A stretch of 62,185 bases of DNA, counting the filler, from Nemertoderma westbladi (taxonomy: Eukaryota > Animalia > Xenacoelomorpha): NCBI GenBank assembly GCA_032718475.1. It is 3 parts of 3 records of this genome, joined end to end, with 100 filler letters (N's around TTAATTAATTAA, not from the genome) between each part and the next. Parts side by side here need not be neighbours in the genome. Positions count along the whole stretch, not along the records: positions 42,846 to 62,185 come from JAUCBJ010006529.1; 2 more parts are not named here. One strand, given 5' to 3'. The notes beneath the pieces were generated by a model that was not told the origin of the DNA, did no database searches, and saw only the letters and a program-made list of their open reading frames with translations. The stretch's first letter is position 1. Each line of letters starts with the position of its first letter. This document shows positions 48,752 to 60,783 of this stretch, one piece after another. Made by a program: the position numbers and the translations under genes.

Positions 48752-51700
48752 TATATAGCAATGTCAATTGATATTATGAATTTTCGCTGAATGATTTTAC
48801 AAAATTTTAAATAAATAAAACTTTTATGAAAATAAATAACACTTTTAAAAATAAAAATTAGAGAATGAATGGGAATGCGGTGAATGGGGGCTATTATAGA
48901 GGGAGGCTTGAATGGAGTTGTGAAAGAAGAATAATCTATTGTAAACCAGATGTTTATTGTAATTTCTCAGGGGATTTGACAATGGTCGTATGGTACATAA
49001 AACTACAGTATCTAGTATAGAAATGGTTGAGGATTAATTTAACATATGCGCTCGTATGTGTGGTAATTAATGGTTGTAGTTGGTCTATGTGCGATTGAGG
49101 GAATGCTGGCGCGTAAGATGTAAACCTAAGGTTTCCAATCTTACATGATAACGAAGCTCAAGGCTACCATGGCAACATACAGTACCAAGGCAACATACCA
49201 AGGCAACCCCCACCTACACGTTTGAGCAAGGCCAAACTGGCCCACTTTATTTTCCTGAAAGGGTAAATTATGTTTTGGGCCCCGCCTGCATCTTTTTATT
49301 TCATTCTACATTTACCTTCTACTGTATGACAAAAATAATACAAATGTACTGTATATTGTATTATTGTTCCTATTGTATTGTATATTTTATCTACTGTAAT
49401 ACAATATATTCATCACGCGTCCCTATCTGATTGATTTGTGTCAAATTAAATTGCCTTTGGCAACATTATTTGATACAAATCGATCGATTAAACAATTAAT
49501 TAATTGTTTAATCGACCAATTAATTAATTGTTTAATTAATTAATGACCTACTTAACACCTAAGGTGTGAAGTTGGTCCAACTGTCGCAGAAATGGGGTTC
49601 GTCTTACTACTGAGAGAGATGCCAGCACATTAGCTCATCTCAGGGGGAAGCTAGCACAGGGCCAGGGGAAAATATGGATTGGCTGGAGAATAGATAAACC
49701 AAATGATAGGGCGGCTTACCATCAATTATCGCGCATTCACGGGTAGGCCAAACCGAGAGAAAGCCGCCCCAATATTAGATTATAACAACAACATTTCCAT
49801 TGGGTAAGAAAGTGGAGAAGAGCCAGGCCCGACTCTCAATTTTTTAGTTTATATTACGCGATCAATTTTCACTCATCTCGTCATGAACACAACATGTATG
49901 TAAACTTTTGATAAATTTGTTGGCTATGCGTTTGCGGCTATTTGGGCGGAGTGTGGTAGGCCTACACTTTTCACACTGAAACATTTTGGTTGTGAAATGT
50001 TCAGGGCACAGCGATCAGAGATATTTCATATATATTTTATTATGAGAGGAAGAAGAACATACACGTTATTTACTATATTATATGTAACGAAATAATTGTT
50101 TTTGGGTTTGGAAGCCTCCCCAAAGAGTTGATATACGATTATATTTAAAATTATTTCCATGGTCATGGTCATTCACCCGTCTTTAATTAGAAATTTGTTT
50201 GCATGAAAGACAGTTTAGTTTGGTTTTTACTGATTATTATCTCTTATCTGACTGGGGTAATAATAAAGGATAGGATAAATGGAAGCAAAGTGTGACAGTA
50301 ACAAATATTTCCCCGACACCCTAGCATGTCTTAAGTATATGATATATCAAAGGGGGAAGTTTGGATTCACTGCATAAATGCAGTTCACCAAACTTCCCCC
50401 GAATGCACACTGTAACTTCCCCCTTCCCCCAAATATCCACTGTTGAATTAATTTGAAGCGATATAATAAGTACAAAATTGTGCGAGTTTTTAATTGTGTG
50501 GTCCACTTGTTGTTTGATCTCTATTTATTGTTTTAAGTGCATTTAATATCACACTGGTTTTTAGAATATTATACTATACAACCTTATGTTTTATTAATTT
50601 ACCCAATCGAAGCCTCATAAGGGCCGGTTATTTGTACGCATATCCCCTAATGCGCTCAGTAAGGTTCAAACAACATATTAATATGAAAATAAAGTATCTG
50701 CAAAGAAAAGAACCCAATACTATATAATTTGACCTTATTAAAAAATTTGCACTTTTGCACACTTATTTGTACAAATGCACTTTAGCAGATCGTAATGGTG
50801 GCTCTTATTTAACAAACTTATGTTTATCCTCTACCGATATACGATGGTGTATGATCAAGTGTCAGTCACTAAAAGTGTCAAAAATCCAATTTAATAAATC
50901 TGGATTTGCGATTTTGGACCATATTCATGGAAATTTTAAGTCACTTTATAGACATAAAAAGTTAAACAAATGTTACGATTATAGTTAGAAATCATTCCAA
51001 ACTACATTTTAATCCAAAAAATAACATTCTACGATGAATAGAAAAATAAATAATAGTGTTTGAAATATCGAAAAAATGTTCACTATTTAAGTGCATTTTG
51101 CACTAAGTGCACCTAAGTCTTTTCCCAAGTTTTATCCTATTTCACACACTACGATCTATTTTCTATCCAATGAAAAAAGTTTCAGATTAAACGGCCCTGT
51201 AGAACCGAAGTTATTTATGTTTAAAAATAGTCACTCGAAAATTTCAAATTCTCTTGGTCACATAGTCTAGTGGTTATCAATCACGTTAATGAAACCTAAG
51301 TCCGCGGGTTCGAAACCCAATATTGACCTGACCATTCTTAATTTTTTTGCAAAAAAATTATTTTTATTTTTTCACTAAAATCGCTCTAACTTCGGTTCTG
51401 GTGGTCCAAATTCAATAAAATTGGTATATTCTTTGCCGTAATTTTTTTCTTAATCTTTTGAGAAGGGGTTATTTTTGGCCCCAAAAAAATTAAAAAAAAG
51501 GGCCAAAATAACGCGATATTTTTCGACCCTTAAAATTCGTAATATTAATTATATATGTTAAGATACAAGATAGCGGAGTTAATTTGATACTTTTTACAGG
51601 TACTTTTGGCGCAATACGCTAAATTATAATGGAATAGCGATTTGTTAAAAAAAAAAATTTTTCGTCCCTTTTTATAAATATTATATTTCACACGATCGCC

Positions 51701-53175
51701 TGCCGCTCTAGTTTTATAATACCTCCGGCGCTGTGATTAACGCTGTTAGATAGATAATTTAACGCACTATAAGTCTGTGTAAACAAATCTCCCGTAAGTT
51801 AAGTAGTTTTCGAGCTAGGCGATTTCCCGCGAAGCAAGTTTGAAGCGCGAAATTATAATTTTGGCCCTCATTTTTTTAATATCATCCTTGGAGCAAAACC
51901 GATAGCATATTTGAATTCCCCGTATAGATATTGATTGTATAGAATGTACCTTAACCAACTAAAGTTAAAAATAAAAAATTATTCGATAAAAACTACTTTA
52001 CAAATTCTGGCCCTTTTTGGCCCCTATTGCCGACATATTTTTTGTACCCCCATCCGATAGGAACGTAGCCCCAATGGTCTTCTACGAGTTTCATAAAAGA
52101 ATTAGTGGATTCCTACCCGCGATGTCGAATTAAACTTTTCCAAAATAATAAGTTTTCCAAAAAAGACGGACAAAAACGTACAAATTTACAGCCCCTTTTT
52201 CCACCCGAAATTTTAATAAATATCTTACCCCCATTCGATACGAAGGTAGTACCACTCTTCCCCTCTCCAACCGCGTTACTTTTGTCCCCGTACGATTAAT
52301 ATTAGCCGAGTTATAGCGGATCCCGCAAAGTCATTTTGTCCGTTTTTTCAACTTTGACGGACATTTTCGGAAAAAAGGCGTGGTAATCTTTTTTGAAAAA
52401 AAAAACGAATTCACTAATTAATCCCTTCTATCGTATCCCGGCGTCGGCTAAGCAATAACCTAGGGTTTTTTCGAGCCACTGTAGAGCGCCTTTCAAAAAA
52501 TTTTTAAAATTGTCGAAAAAATGACGGTTTTTTGTCCGCCGTGTCCGTCGAGGGGTTAGATTTAATAATGTTAGAGTTGCTAATATCTTAGAATTCCGAG
52601 CCGCTCCCCTGGTGAGAAAATAAAAAAATTTGGTCAGTTCCTTCATCGAAAAGTCCCCCAGAATCCCAAGTTAACCTATATAGTTAGCGATGGCCTGCGG
52701 CTTTAGGAGCGGCCGCGGTATTCACCTCCCTCATAGCGGCCGCGGCGGTGTTGCGTCAAATGGAGAAATATTTATCCCACCTAGGTAGGAATGTATATCC
52801 CATGTAATATATATAACCGTTACTCTGTTGATTGTGCCTCAGTTGGCTACATTGAGTGTAGAAGTCAGACGGTTTTTAACCGTCGTCGTCGCTGTCAATG
52901 TTACTGCTATTATTGTATTAGACTGACTGTGCTTATCTGATATTACGAACAACAATAACTATAAACTCAGATATTTTACCGCCCTTCGGCCTTTCAATTT
53001 CACCTCAGCCTATCAGTAGCCCAGCAAACGCGGCGACGCGTATTATCCATACGACTCGAGACACACACACCGGTCAGGATCTTTTGCCAACTCGGATCCC
53101 GTCACACCCCCCCCCCCCCCCCCCCCGCGTTTGTTTCCATACACTCCCACAATATTTTACTGCGTTGTTTAAATC

Positions 53176-54371
53176 GGTGTTCGGACACTTCCCCCCCGGA
53201 CACTTCCCCCGGACAGTTCCCCCCCGCTCAAGTAGGACATTTCCCCCCCGCACACTTCCCCCCCCCCCAGACACTTCCCCCCCGGACACTTCCCCCCGAC
53301 TGTTCTTAACTTCGCACATTCGTATTTTTCATTTTGTAAGGTAAACGGACCGCTTGTATCCAGATAAGTTGTATCCAATTTTCCTTTCGTAGCTCAGAAA
53401 GTGATCTTTTGCATCCCGATTTTACATTTTATATCCAAGTTTTATTTATGGGTTTTATCAATGCAATTACATCGTATTGTTTGCTAATCTTTAAACAATT
53501 AATTAGATGACCTAAAATTCCATCTCCCAAATGATATACTGTTTTTATTAACTTTAGAATTATAATAATTAATTGTTTTAATTATAGGTATTATTATGTA
53601 ATAGTCTTCTTCAAATTGTAGCAGATGGGGATGAATATTATTGTTGCAATCAAAATTATACCTCTCCTGGGTAAAATCGACATGCGTCGACCTGTATTCT
53701 GTGTTCAGCATTACATATTGATATACATATTACTATACATACTATATAGATATCATACACCTACATATTAAATTTTCTGGTTACTTGCAATATTTTTAAT
53801 AGGATTTTGTTGAATTATATAATATTGTAGTAATTTATATATTAATTTGGTTAACATTCAATACAGCTCCTACTTTAGGCTTAGTCAATTTATTATCTGA
53901 GGATACAAACATGAATTAATTATTTCAAAATGGTCTTAAGTCTTTCACCACGGGCACTCAGGGAAATGCCGTGGTCTGGGGGCGATAACCCCCAAGAAAA
54001 TAAGCGGGGGTTTGGGGGCGGTAGCCCCCAAGAAAAGAAGTAGGGGTTTGGGGGCGGCAGCCCCCAACTAAGAAAGCGGGGGTTTGGGGGCGGCAGCCCC
54101 CAATTAAAAGAAAAACAAACAAAATTTCACTATAAAAATGTTTATTTTATAATTTTGAAAAAACTTGTCTAGATACAACTTGTCCTGTAACCATCTTTAA
54201 CTTTTGTTTATTGCTTTGATGCACCCAGATTAATTTTAACACTTTAACTGGGGGGAAGTGTCCGGGGGGGGCAAGTGTCCGGGGGGGAAGTGTCCAGGGG
54301 GGAAGTGTCCTACTTGGGCGGGGGGGAAGTGTCCGGGGGGGAACTGTCCGGGAGGGAAGTGTCCTAGATCC
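53176..54371. mobile_element. MULE-like non-autonomous element
   Basis: Inverted ggacacttcccccc arrays at both ends. 9-bp TSD gtttaaatc at 53167-53175 and 54372-54380. Internal ggggtttgggggcggcagccccca repeats. Confidence 0.85.
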
Positions 54372-55038
54372 GTTTAAATCATTTAATCTCATAGTATAAA
54401 CGGGACTGCGATAACATGTCTTGAATGTTTGTAATTGTTAAAATTAATTTTGTAGAATGGTATTGCTTATGCAAAATAAAAAACAAATTTTGAGTGAATC
54501 CAATTCCCAGAACATAATAATTATCAATAGGAGATATGTAACGACGTATGTTTGGAGAGATAATTAATTTTGTAGAATCAGGTAATTTTTAACAACTTAT
54601 TGGGCAAGTGACCTATTGGGGAAATGAACCCTTGGAGTAGCTTGCCCTCGGTTTCGCCTCGAGTAAACATCTACTCCGCGGGTAAATAACTCGTAAAATA
54701 ACTAAAAACCTTGGTAATATATATTGTTATTGATTATACAATAACACATAATTGCACCTACCTGTACCAAAAAACACATAAAATTTGCAAATAAACGTTT
54801 TCTGGTGCAGTAAGCTACAGTATTCACTCATTGTGATATACTAATATGGAAAAATATAGGAGCTCTAACGAGCTCATTGATTTGATTTGATTAAAACGCT
54901 GGCTATTGGGGACCATCGTAACTACAATACTACTGTATTAACTACATAGATAATTGGTTCCATGATAAATAATTTAGCGCCAACTACTAGCGAGGTATTG
55001 TTAGACAACCTCTATGGTGGCCCATTAGAGCCACTACA

Positions 55039-56655
55039 CATTCGCGGGGCCTTCGCGCAGCACGAGGCCCAGTTATGAGATACAAATTAAAAGTGTGCGA
55101 CTGTATCACAAAATCAGGTTATGAGAGATTAACCCACACCACCAATTAATCAAAGAAAGGGGGACAGTACGTGTTCACCCATTTTAATCTGCACCCCCCC
55201 CCCCCCTCCCCCCACCCACCAATACATAACCGCGACATCTACCACCCACGGAAGGGTAGCACGAACTTATTTCCAAACGCACGTTCAATATGCAAAGCCA
55301 GGTGGTTTATAGGAATATAATCAATGCAGTACTCGTCTTCATTATAAGCCTCTTTGCGTTCGACCTGTTTTGTATTAAAATATATTTATTAAACACAGGC
55401 TGACGCTCTTTATAATAATAATACCTAGGGATGCCAGCTTCCAGACTTTCAATCTTTACTGCCACGCAAACCCCGCAGAGGAAGTTTTGGTTTGAGAGAT
55501 CAAGCCCATCGGCAATTGGTGTTTCCATTTCGGTCCAGGAACTCTGACAATGGGAGCAGTCAATCTTAGCTGTGGTCCATTCCCGTGGTTTCGGCTTCCT
55601 TTTCTTCGTCCCAATGACAGATTCTTCTGAAGACGTTCGATTCGCTTTCAGTTTATTGTTGCGTTTGTGTTTTGAAGTTGTATTCGAGTGGACAGTCGCG
55701 CCGGTTTCGAGGTAACCATACCGACCTGTGATAAGCGTTGGTTTTGTTGAGTACCGGTATTCATCTTCTCTCACCTCTTCAATGTCAGATGTTGCAAATA
55801 CTGATAACACGAATAACGGTATATATTTCAATACTTGTCAATAGTAATATATATAATTTAGATAACTATTTTATATCTGTACTGTTGAGCAAACTCTACA
55901 TAAATTCCAACCTGTGTATCGCCGGTAGTGCTGTTGCTGCAGTGCTGTGCAAGTGTGCTGAAGTGTTAGTTACCACCGGTCAGCCGGTACCGGTAGTAGG
56001 GTGGTACCTACGGTGCGCACTACAACGGCAGTACAGCAATACGGTGTACCGTGCCAATGACTGAATGATTAGCGGTAACTATCTAAACTATTATATTATT
56101 ATTACCGGTGCCGGTACTGGGCTCAGGGGCTATTAGGCCTAAACTATAATCACCGCAAGGGTTGCCAGGGCCATGTTTAATTAGATTACATGATATGGCA
56201 TGTCTGCAGTGTATGGTACCGGCTGAACAGTATTGCAGTATTGACTGATTGCAGGATTCTCGATTCAGGGATTGAGTACAGCTTGACAGTACCGGTACAC
56301 ATGGTACATGCAGACAACCCCAATGTATTGCAAAATTTGTCAGAAACCCAGCTGATTTATCCTACAGTAATAATAATTTAACGCATTTTAAATTTGGATA
56401 AATAAATTTATTATAACTGCAATAACAGTTTCACTGAATGCTGCACGAAGGCCCCACGCAAATTCTACTTGGGAAATTTTCAAACTTTTGCCAAACTACA
56501 TGTGTACCAAGTTTGGATAGATTTCATCAAGGATTGGCCGAGTTATTAACGTTTAAAATAAAATACTGAAAAAAAACGCGACAGAACGACAGAACGACAG
56601 GTTGATTAATGGTACCCCTACGCTAAGGCTCACTCACTTCGTGGCTCGCCCCACA
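55039..56655 (-). mobile_element. Insertion splitting the left IS3EU TIR; same family termini as 26720-27994
   Basis: Removing it restores ccactacattttattt, matching the right TIR. Shared terminal motifs. Contains a 174-aa ORF with C..C/C..C. Confidence 0.75.
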
Positions 56656-57571
56656 TTTTATTTATTAATTTTTGCGTGAATAAAATTTCATTTAATTTAA
56701 TGTTAATTTTTAAATCAACTACAATTAAAAAAAAACATTAAATTTACTTTCACTTTTGTTTCCAATTAGTTTTACTTTCGTTTTAATTTTAGTTTTACTT
56801 TCTCTTTCGTTTTAATATTAGTTTTATTTTTGCATTCACTTTCGATTTCATTTGAGTTTTACTTTAACTTTAACTTTCGTTTTCATTTCATTTTCGATTT
56901 TTGCACACGGCCCATTACAGTCACCCTATTAGCCAAGGACTACGGCGGCCACCTTTTACCCTTACAATCAATTACAGGTTGTGGCTCCAATGGGCTATGC
57001 AAGGCAGCCCAGTACAGCCATCGATTTTTGAAGAGAAACCTAAAAACTGATTTTTGCAGGTGGCCCATGGCGGTCATTTTCCTATGAGGGGACTAGGAGA
57101 GCCAGACTAACAGAGAGAATTCACAACCTAGGCCTAACTCATACACTACTAAATATTGCTGAATTGGCTTGCTGTAAGGCATTTTACTGCTTTAGTTTAG
57201 ATCATTGGTTTAGGCCTATTTCATTTATTCATCATGGCATGGCAAAATGACCTGACCATGTTCTCAAACGAAGGATGACGGACTTAGTAGCGCTGAACTG
57301 GAAACGAAATGAGATTCTAATTAGTCTTACAAAGGAATTTGACACTTACCCATCTTTGAAATCACTTGATCGAAGATGGTTTGACCTCTAACCTTCCTTT
57401 GTGTGGCTTTGGGGTTTGTATTGTCCCGGTGTTGGTTGAGATACGAGATTAGTTACTGCTAATCTCGTATCATATCATATCTCGTATCATATCTCGCAAT
57501 ATATTGCTGAAAATGCCACTTCCCATTTTATGAGGGTAATGCGGCGGAATTGAATCCGCTTACATCTACGC

Positions 57572-58484
57572 ATGTCCTTAGATCATCATAATGATGATTG
57601 GGTGATGATAACTCCACCTACTGGCTCCAGAAGTCGAGGAAATCCTGCCAAGTACCTAACTTATCTAGACTTTGCTGATGACTTAGGAGTACTCTCAGAA
57701 TCACTAGAGGGATCCCAACGGCTCCTCAGCTCATTAGAACATGCTGCTTCTAGTGTTGGTCTTTTTATTAACTCCAGGAAGACCAAAATTTTGACAGTTA
57801 ACTTTGAAAGTTCTCAGCGAGTCTCTGATCGGATGAGCATAAGCTCAAAGGATGGTATGCTTGAGCATGTGGACGACTTCTGTTACCTGGGATCATGGAT
57901 CCGGAAGTCAAGTGAGGACCTTCGAATACGTAAGGGAAAGGCATGGGCAGCCTTGAATAGGCTTTCCAGGATTTGGAAGTCACCGAGAATTAATCGGAAA
58001 CTTAAGGTCAGATTATTTAGAGCAGCAGTAGTACCAGTACTCCTCTATGGGAGTCCATGCTGGGCTCTAACTGCTGAGGACACCAAATCTCTGGATGGCA
58101 CATTCACAAGAATGCTACGCCGGGTTCATTGTGTCAAGTACAATGCACACATCTCCAACCAGACACTATATAACATTGGAGGTGTCTCATTGGTTCCCCC
58201 TAGCTTGACACTAGAACAAAATCGCCTCCGCTTTGCAGGACATTGCTTTCGCCGTGAGGACCAGCCAGTGCATAATCTTTTACTTTGGCAACCTCATGGA
58301 GTGAATAAGCATGGTGGACAGCCCATGACTTTCTTGAGACGCATCTTAAAGGACACTGGCCTTGAAGATGCAGATGATCTAGCAAATGTCATGGGTGATA
58401 GGGAGTTGTGGCGGCGCAATTTTGTCGACAAGCCGGCACAGCATTCTTAAAAATGCAGCTGCAATGCAGCATGCCGATACTAGT
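57572..58484 (+). mobile_element. RTE-like LINE, 5'-truncated RT C-terminal half and 3' end
   Basis: LDFADDL, GLFINSRKTK, FCYLGS, LLYGSPCW, RLRFAGHCFR. Confidence 0.92.
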
Positions 58485-60000
58485 GGCAAGGCAGATTTTG
58501 TTGTTCTGCTAGCACGCAGACTAAGTCTTACCTTGGCCACAATAAGGCGGTGATCACTGGAGAAGGGTCGAAGTGTAAATGCATTACAGTCTCGTATAGA
58601 GCTCCTGTATTTCCTACGAAACAGAATATGGTCTATCTGGGACTTGTGACCACTGGGTCCACTATGAGTCCATAGCTTTCCAGTTCGCTTCTTGAACTGG
58701 GTTCCAGCCGAAAACAACAATCCATTTCCAGAGATAAAATCCTGAAGATGGACAGAATTTCGGTTAACACTATTGCTATAGACCCAGGGCGATGTAGGTG
58801 ATTGATGCAGACTTGCATTAAAGTCTCCCAGGAATGTTAAGAATGCATGCTGATCCACTCCATCAGTAGCTGCTTGTAGATTGTGGTAGAAATTTTCCAC
58901 CTCCTCTACAGGGGCAACACTAGTTGGAGAGTAGCACACAATTAGAACCACCTTAGGAAACTTCTTAGCCAGTCTTCCAGAACATGAGAAGTGGCAACAG
59001 ATGATGCGGTTAGAGATTTGGTCTATTTTGTCCAATGCTGCATGTGCAGTTGGATTCATCAATAGACCAATTCCACCATTGCCACTATCATCTGCTGACG
59101 CGAGGGCGAGTCGCCAACCGCCCCCCATGTCCTTAATCAGAACCTCATCAGTCTGTCCAGTCTGCATTCGGTGCTCTTGAACACCCACTGCGCTAAGAGA
59201 AGGTTTATCTGCCAAGGCAGTCAGCTCACCTTGTCGCATTGGGGACCCGAGTGTTAGGGTGTTTACTGAGGCTAGTCTTGTGACTTGCCTCAGATTCACC
59301 AATGGCTTTGTTGGACGGGGTGGAACATGAGAGTAGCCTCCAACTCCAGAATCCCTCTCCCCATCACAATCTGGCTTTCCTGGTGATCCAGGGTTTGGGC
59401 CAGAAAGGTCATCAGGAAAGGGACTCAAGGAATTGTTGGCTGCTCTCTCCCCAGTAGGGGGTGAGACAGGCAGCCGGTCAGGAGTTAACTGACGCCTGTG
59501 AGGCCGATTGTGTCCGGTAATTCCACTGGCCTCTAGTAGTGGGGGTTGGGGGGTGCTTTTTGCCGAGTCAGCTCTCGGGGCAAATACCACACCCTGGTTT
59601 GCCATTCCACAGGGTGGGTGTCGCAATGGAGTCAGATATGAGGCCCATCACCCATATCTACTCTGGCGCACATGAACCACCATTGGCTGTTGCAGCTCAT
59701 ATGCTGGGTCATGCCCTGTACCCTTGCTGCCAGGTGCAGGTCGCAGTGAAGTGCTCTCAGAGTGGACATGAGAACACTCTACTCCTGACCAGCCATTGGT
59801 AGATCACCATCTGCCTGGTCAGGCCATATACCCCTGCAGCCAAGTATATGGGTCCTTAATCCAGGACCAAAGGCGTCCTTATCCCAGAACGAAGGGGGTC
59901 CTAGTTACAGGACCAGATTTGCCCTAGTAAGAGGGTCTATGCAGCTACAGGTGGCACCTCCTTTATGCTGCATGGAGGTGGCAAGTTTTCTTGATCAATG
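58485..60000 (-). mobile_element. RTE-like LINE 5' half: leader and AP endonuclease
   Basis: LASVNTLTL, VGVQEHR, GGIGLL, CYSPT, LGDFNA, QIDHIL, SDHRL. Confidence 0.9.
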
Positions 60001-60783
60001 ACCTAGAATACCCGACCTGACCTGAATCTATCTACCTGACCTAGTCCCATCATAGGGAAATGACCGCCATGGGCCACCTGCAAAAATCAGTTTTAAGTTT
60101 CTCTTCGAAAATTGATGGCTGTACTGGGCTGCCTTGCATGGCCCATTGGAGACACAGCCTGCAATTAATTGTGAGGGTAAAAGGTGGCCGCCGTAGTCCT
60201 TGGCTAATAGGGTGTCTGTAATGGGCCGTGTGCAAAAATCAAAAATGAAATGAAAACGAAAGTTAAAGTTAAACTAAAATTAAAATTAAAATGAAAGTGA
60301 AAGTAAAACTAAATATAAAACAAAAGTGAAAGTAAATTTAATGTTTTTTTTTAAATTGTACTTGATTAAAAAATTAACATTAAATTAAATTTAATTTAAT
60401 TCACGCAAAAATTAATAAATAAAATGTAGTGGCTCTAATGGGCCACCATAAACCTCTGTTACGATTTTCTACAGTGACGAGGCCAACCCACCGATGCTGG
60501 TGGGGATAGAGGAGAGGCCCAATATTCTTAGTAGCTACCGGCGTATCTGTTATATCTATTGTATATTGGATCTAATTGGTACCGAATTCTATACCCAGGT
60601 TCACTTATAAGGCGCTCCACTCCCCTAAGCACTGTAGTAGCAGCTGCATTGAGTATTACAGTCAGCCAAACCCAGAAAGTATTAAAGGCCCCAACTGGTG
60701 AGGTTTGTGTCATTAATTTCAATTATATTGGTAATATTTAGACTGTCCTATTTATACGTCAGTTAGTCTGAATTGTATTAAAT

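Larger units (their letters stand above)
55013..60450. mobile_element. IS3EU-like non-autonomous DNA transposon with nested insertions
   Basis: TAT..ATA termini and 6-bp TSD aacctc (55007-55012, 60451-60456). The left TIR (55013-55038 plus 56656-57097) mirrors 60040-60450. Confidence 0.8.

Noticed and set aside
49900-52700. AT-rich tract resembling DNA-transposon internal sequence (similarly 21870-23160)
   Set aside because: No matching termini, TSD or coding remnant could be established, so it was not called.
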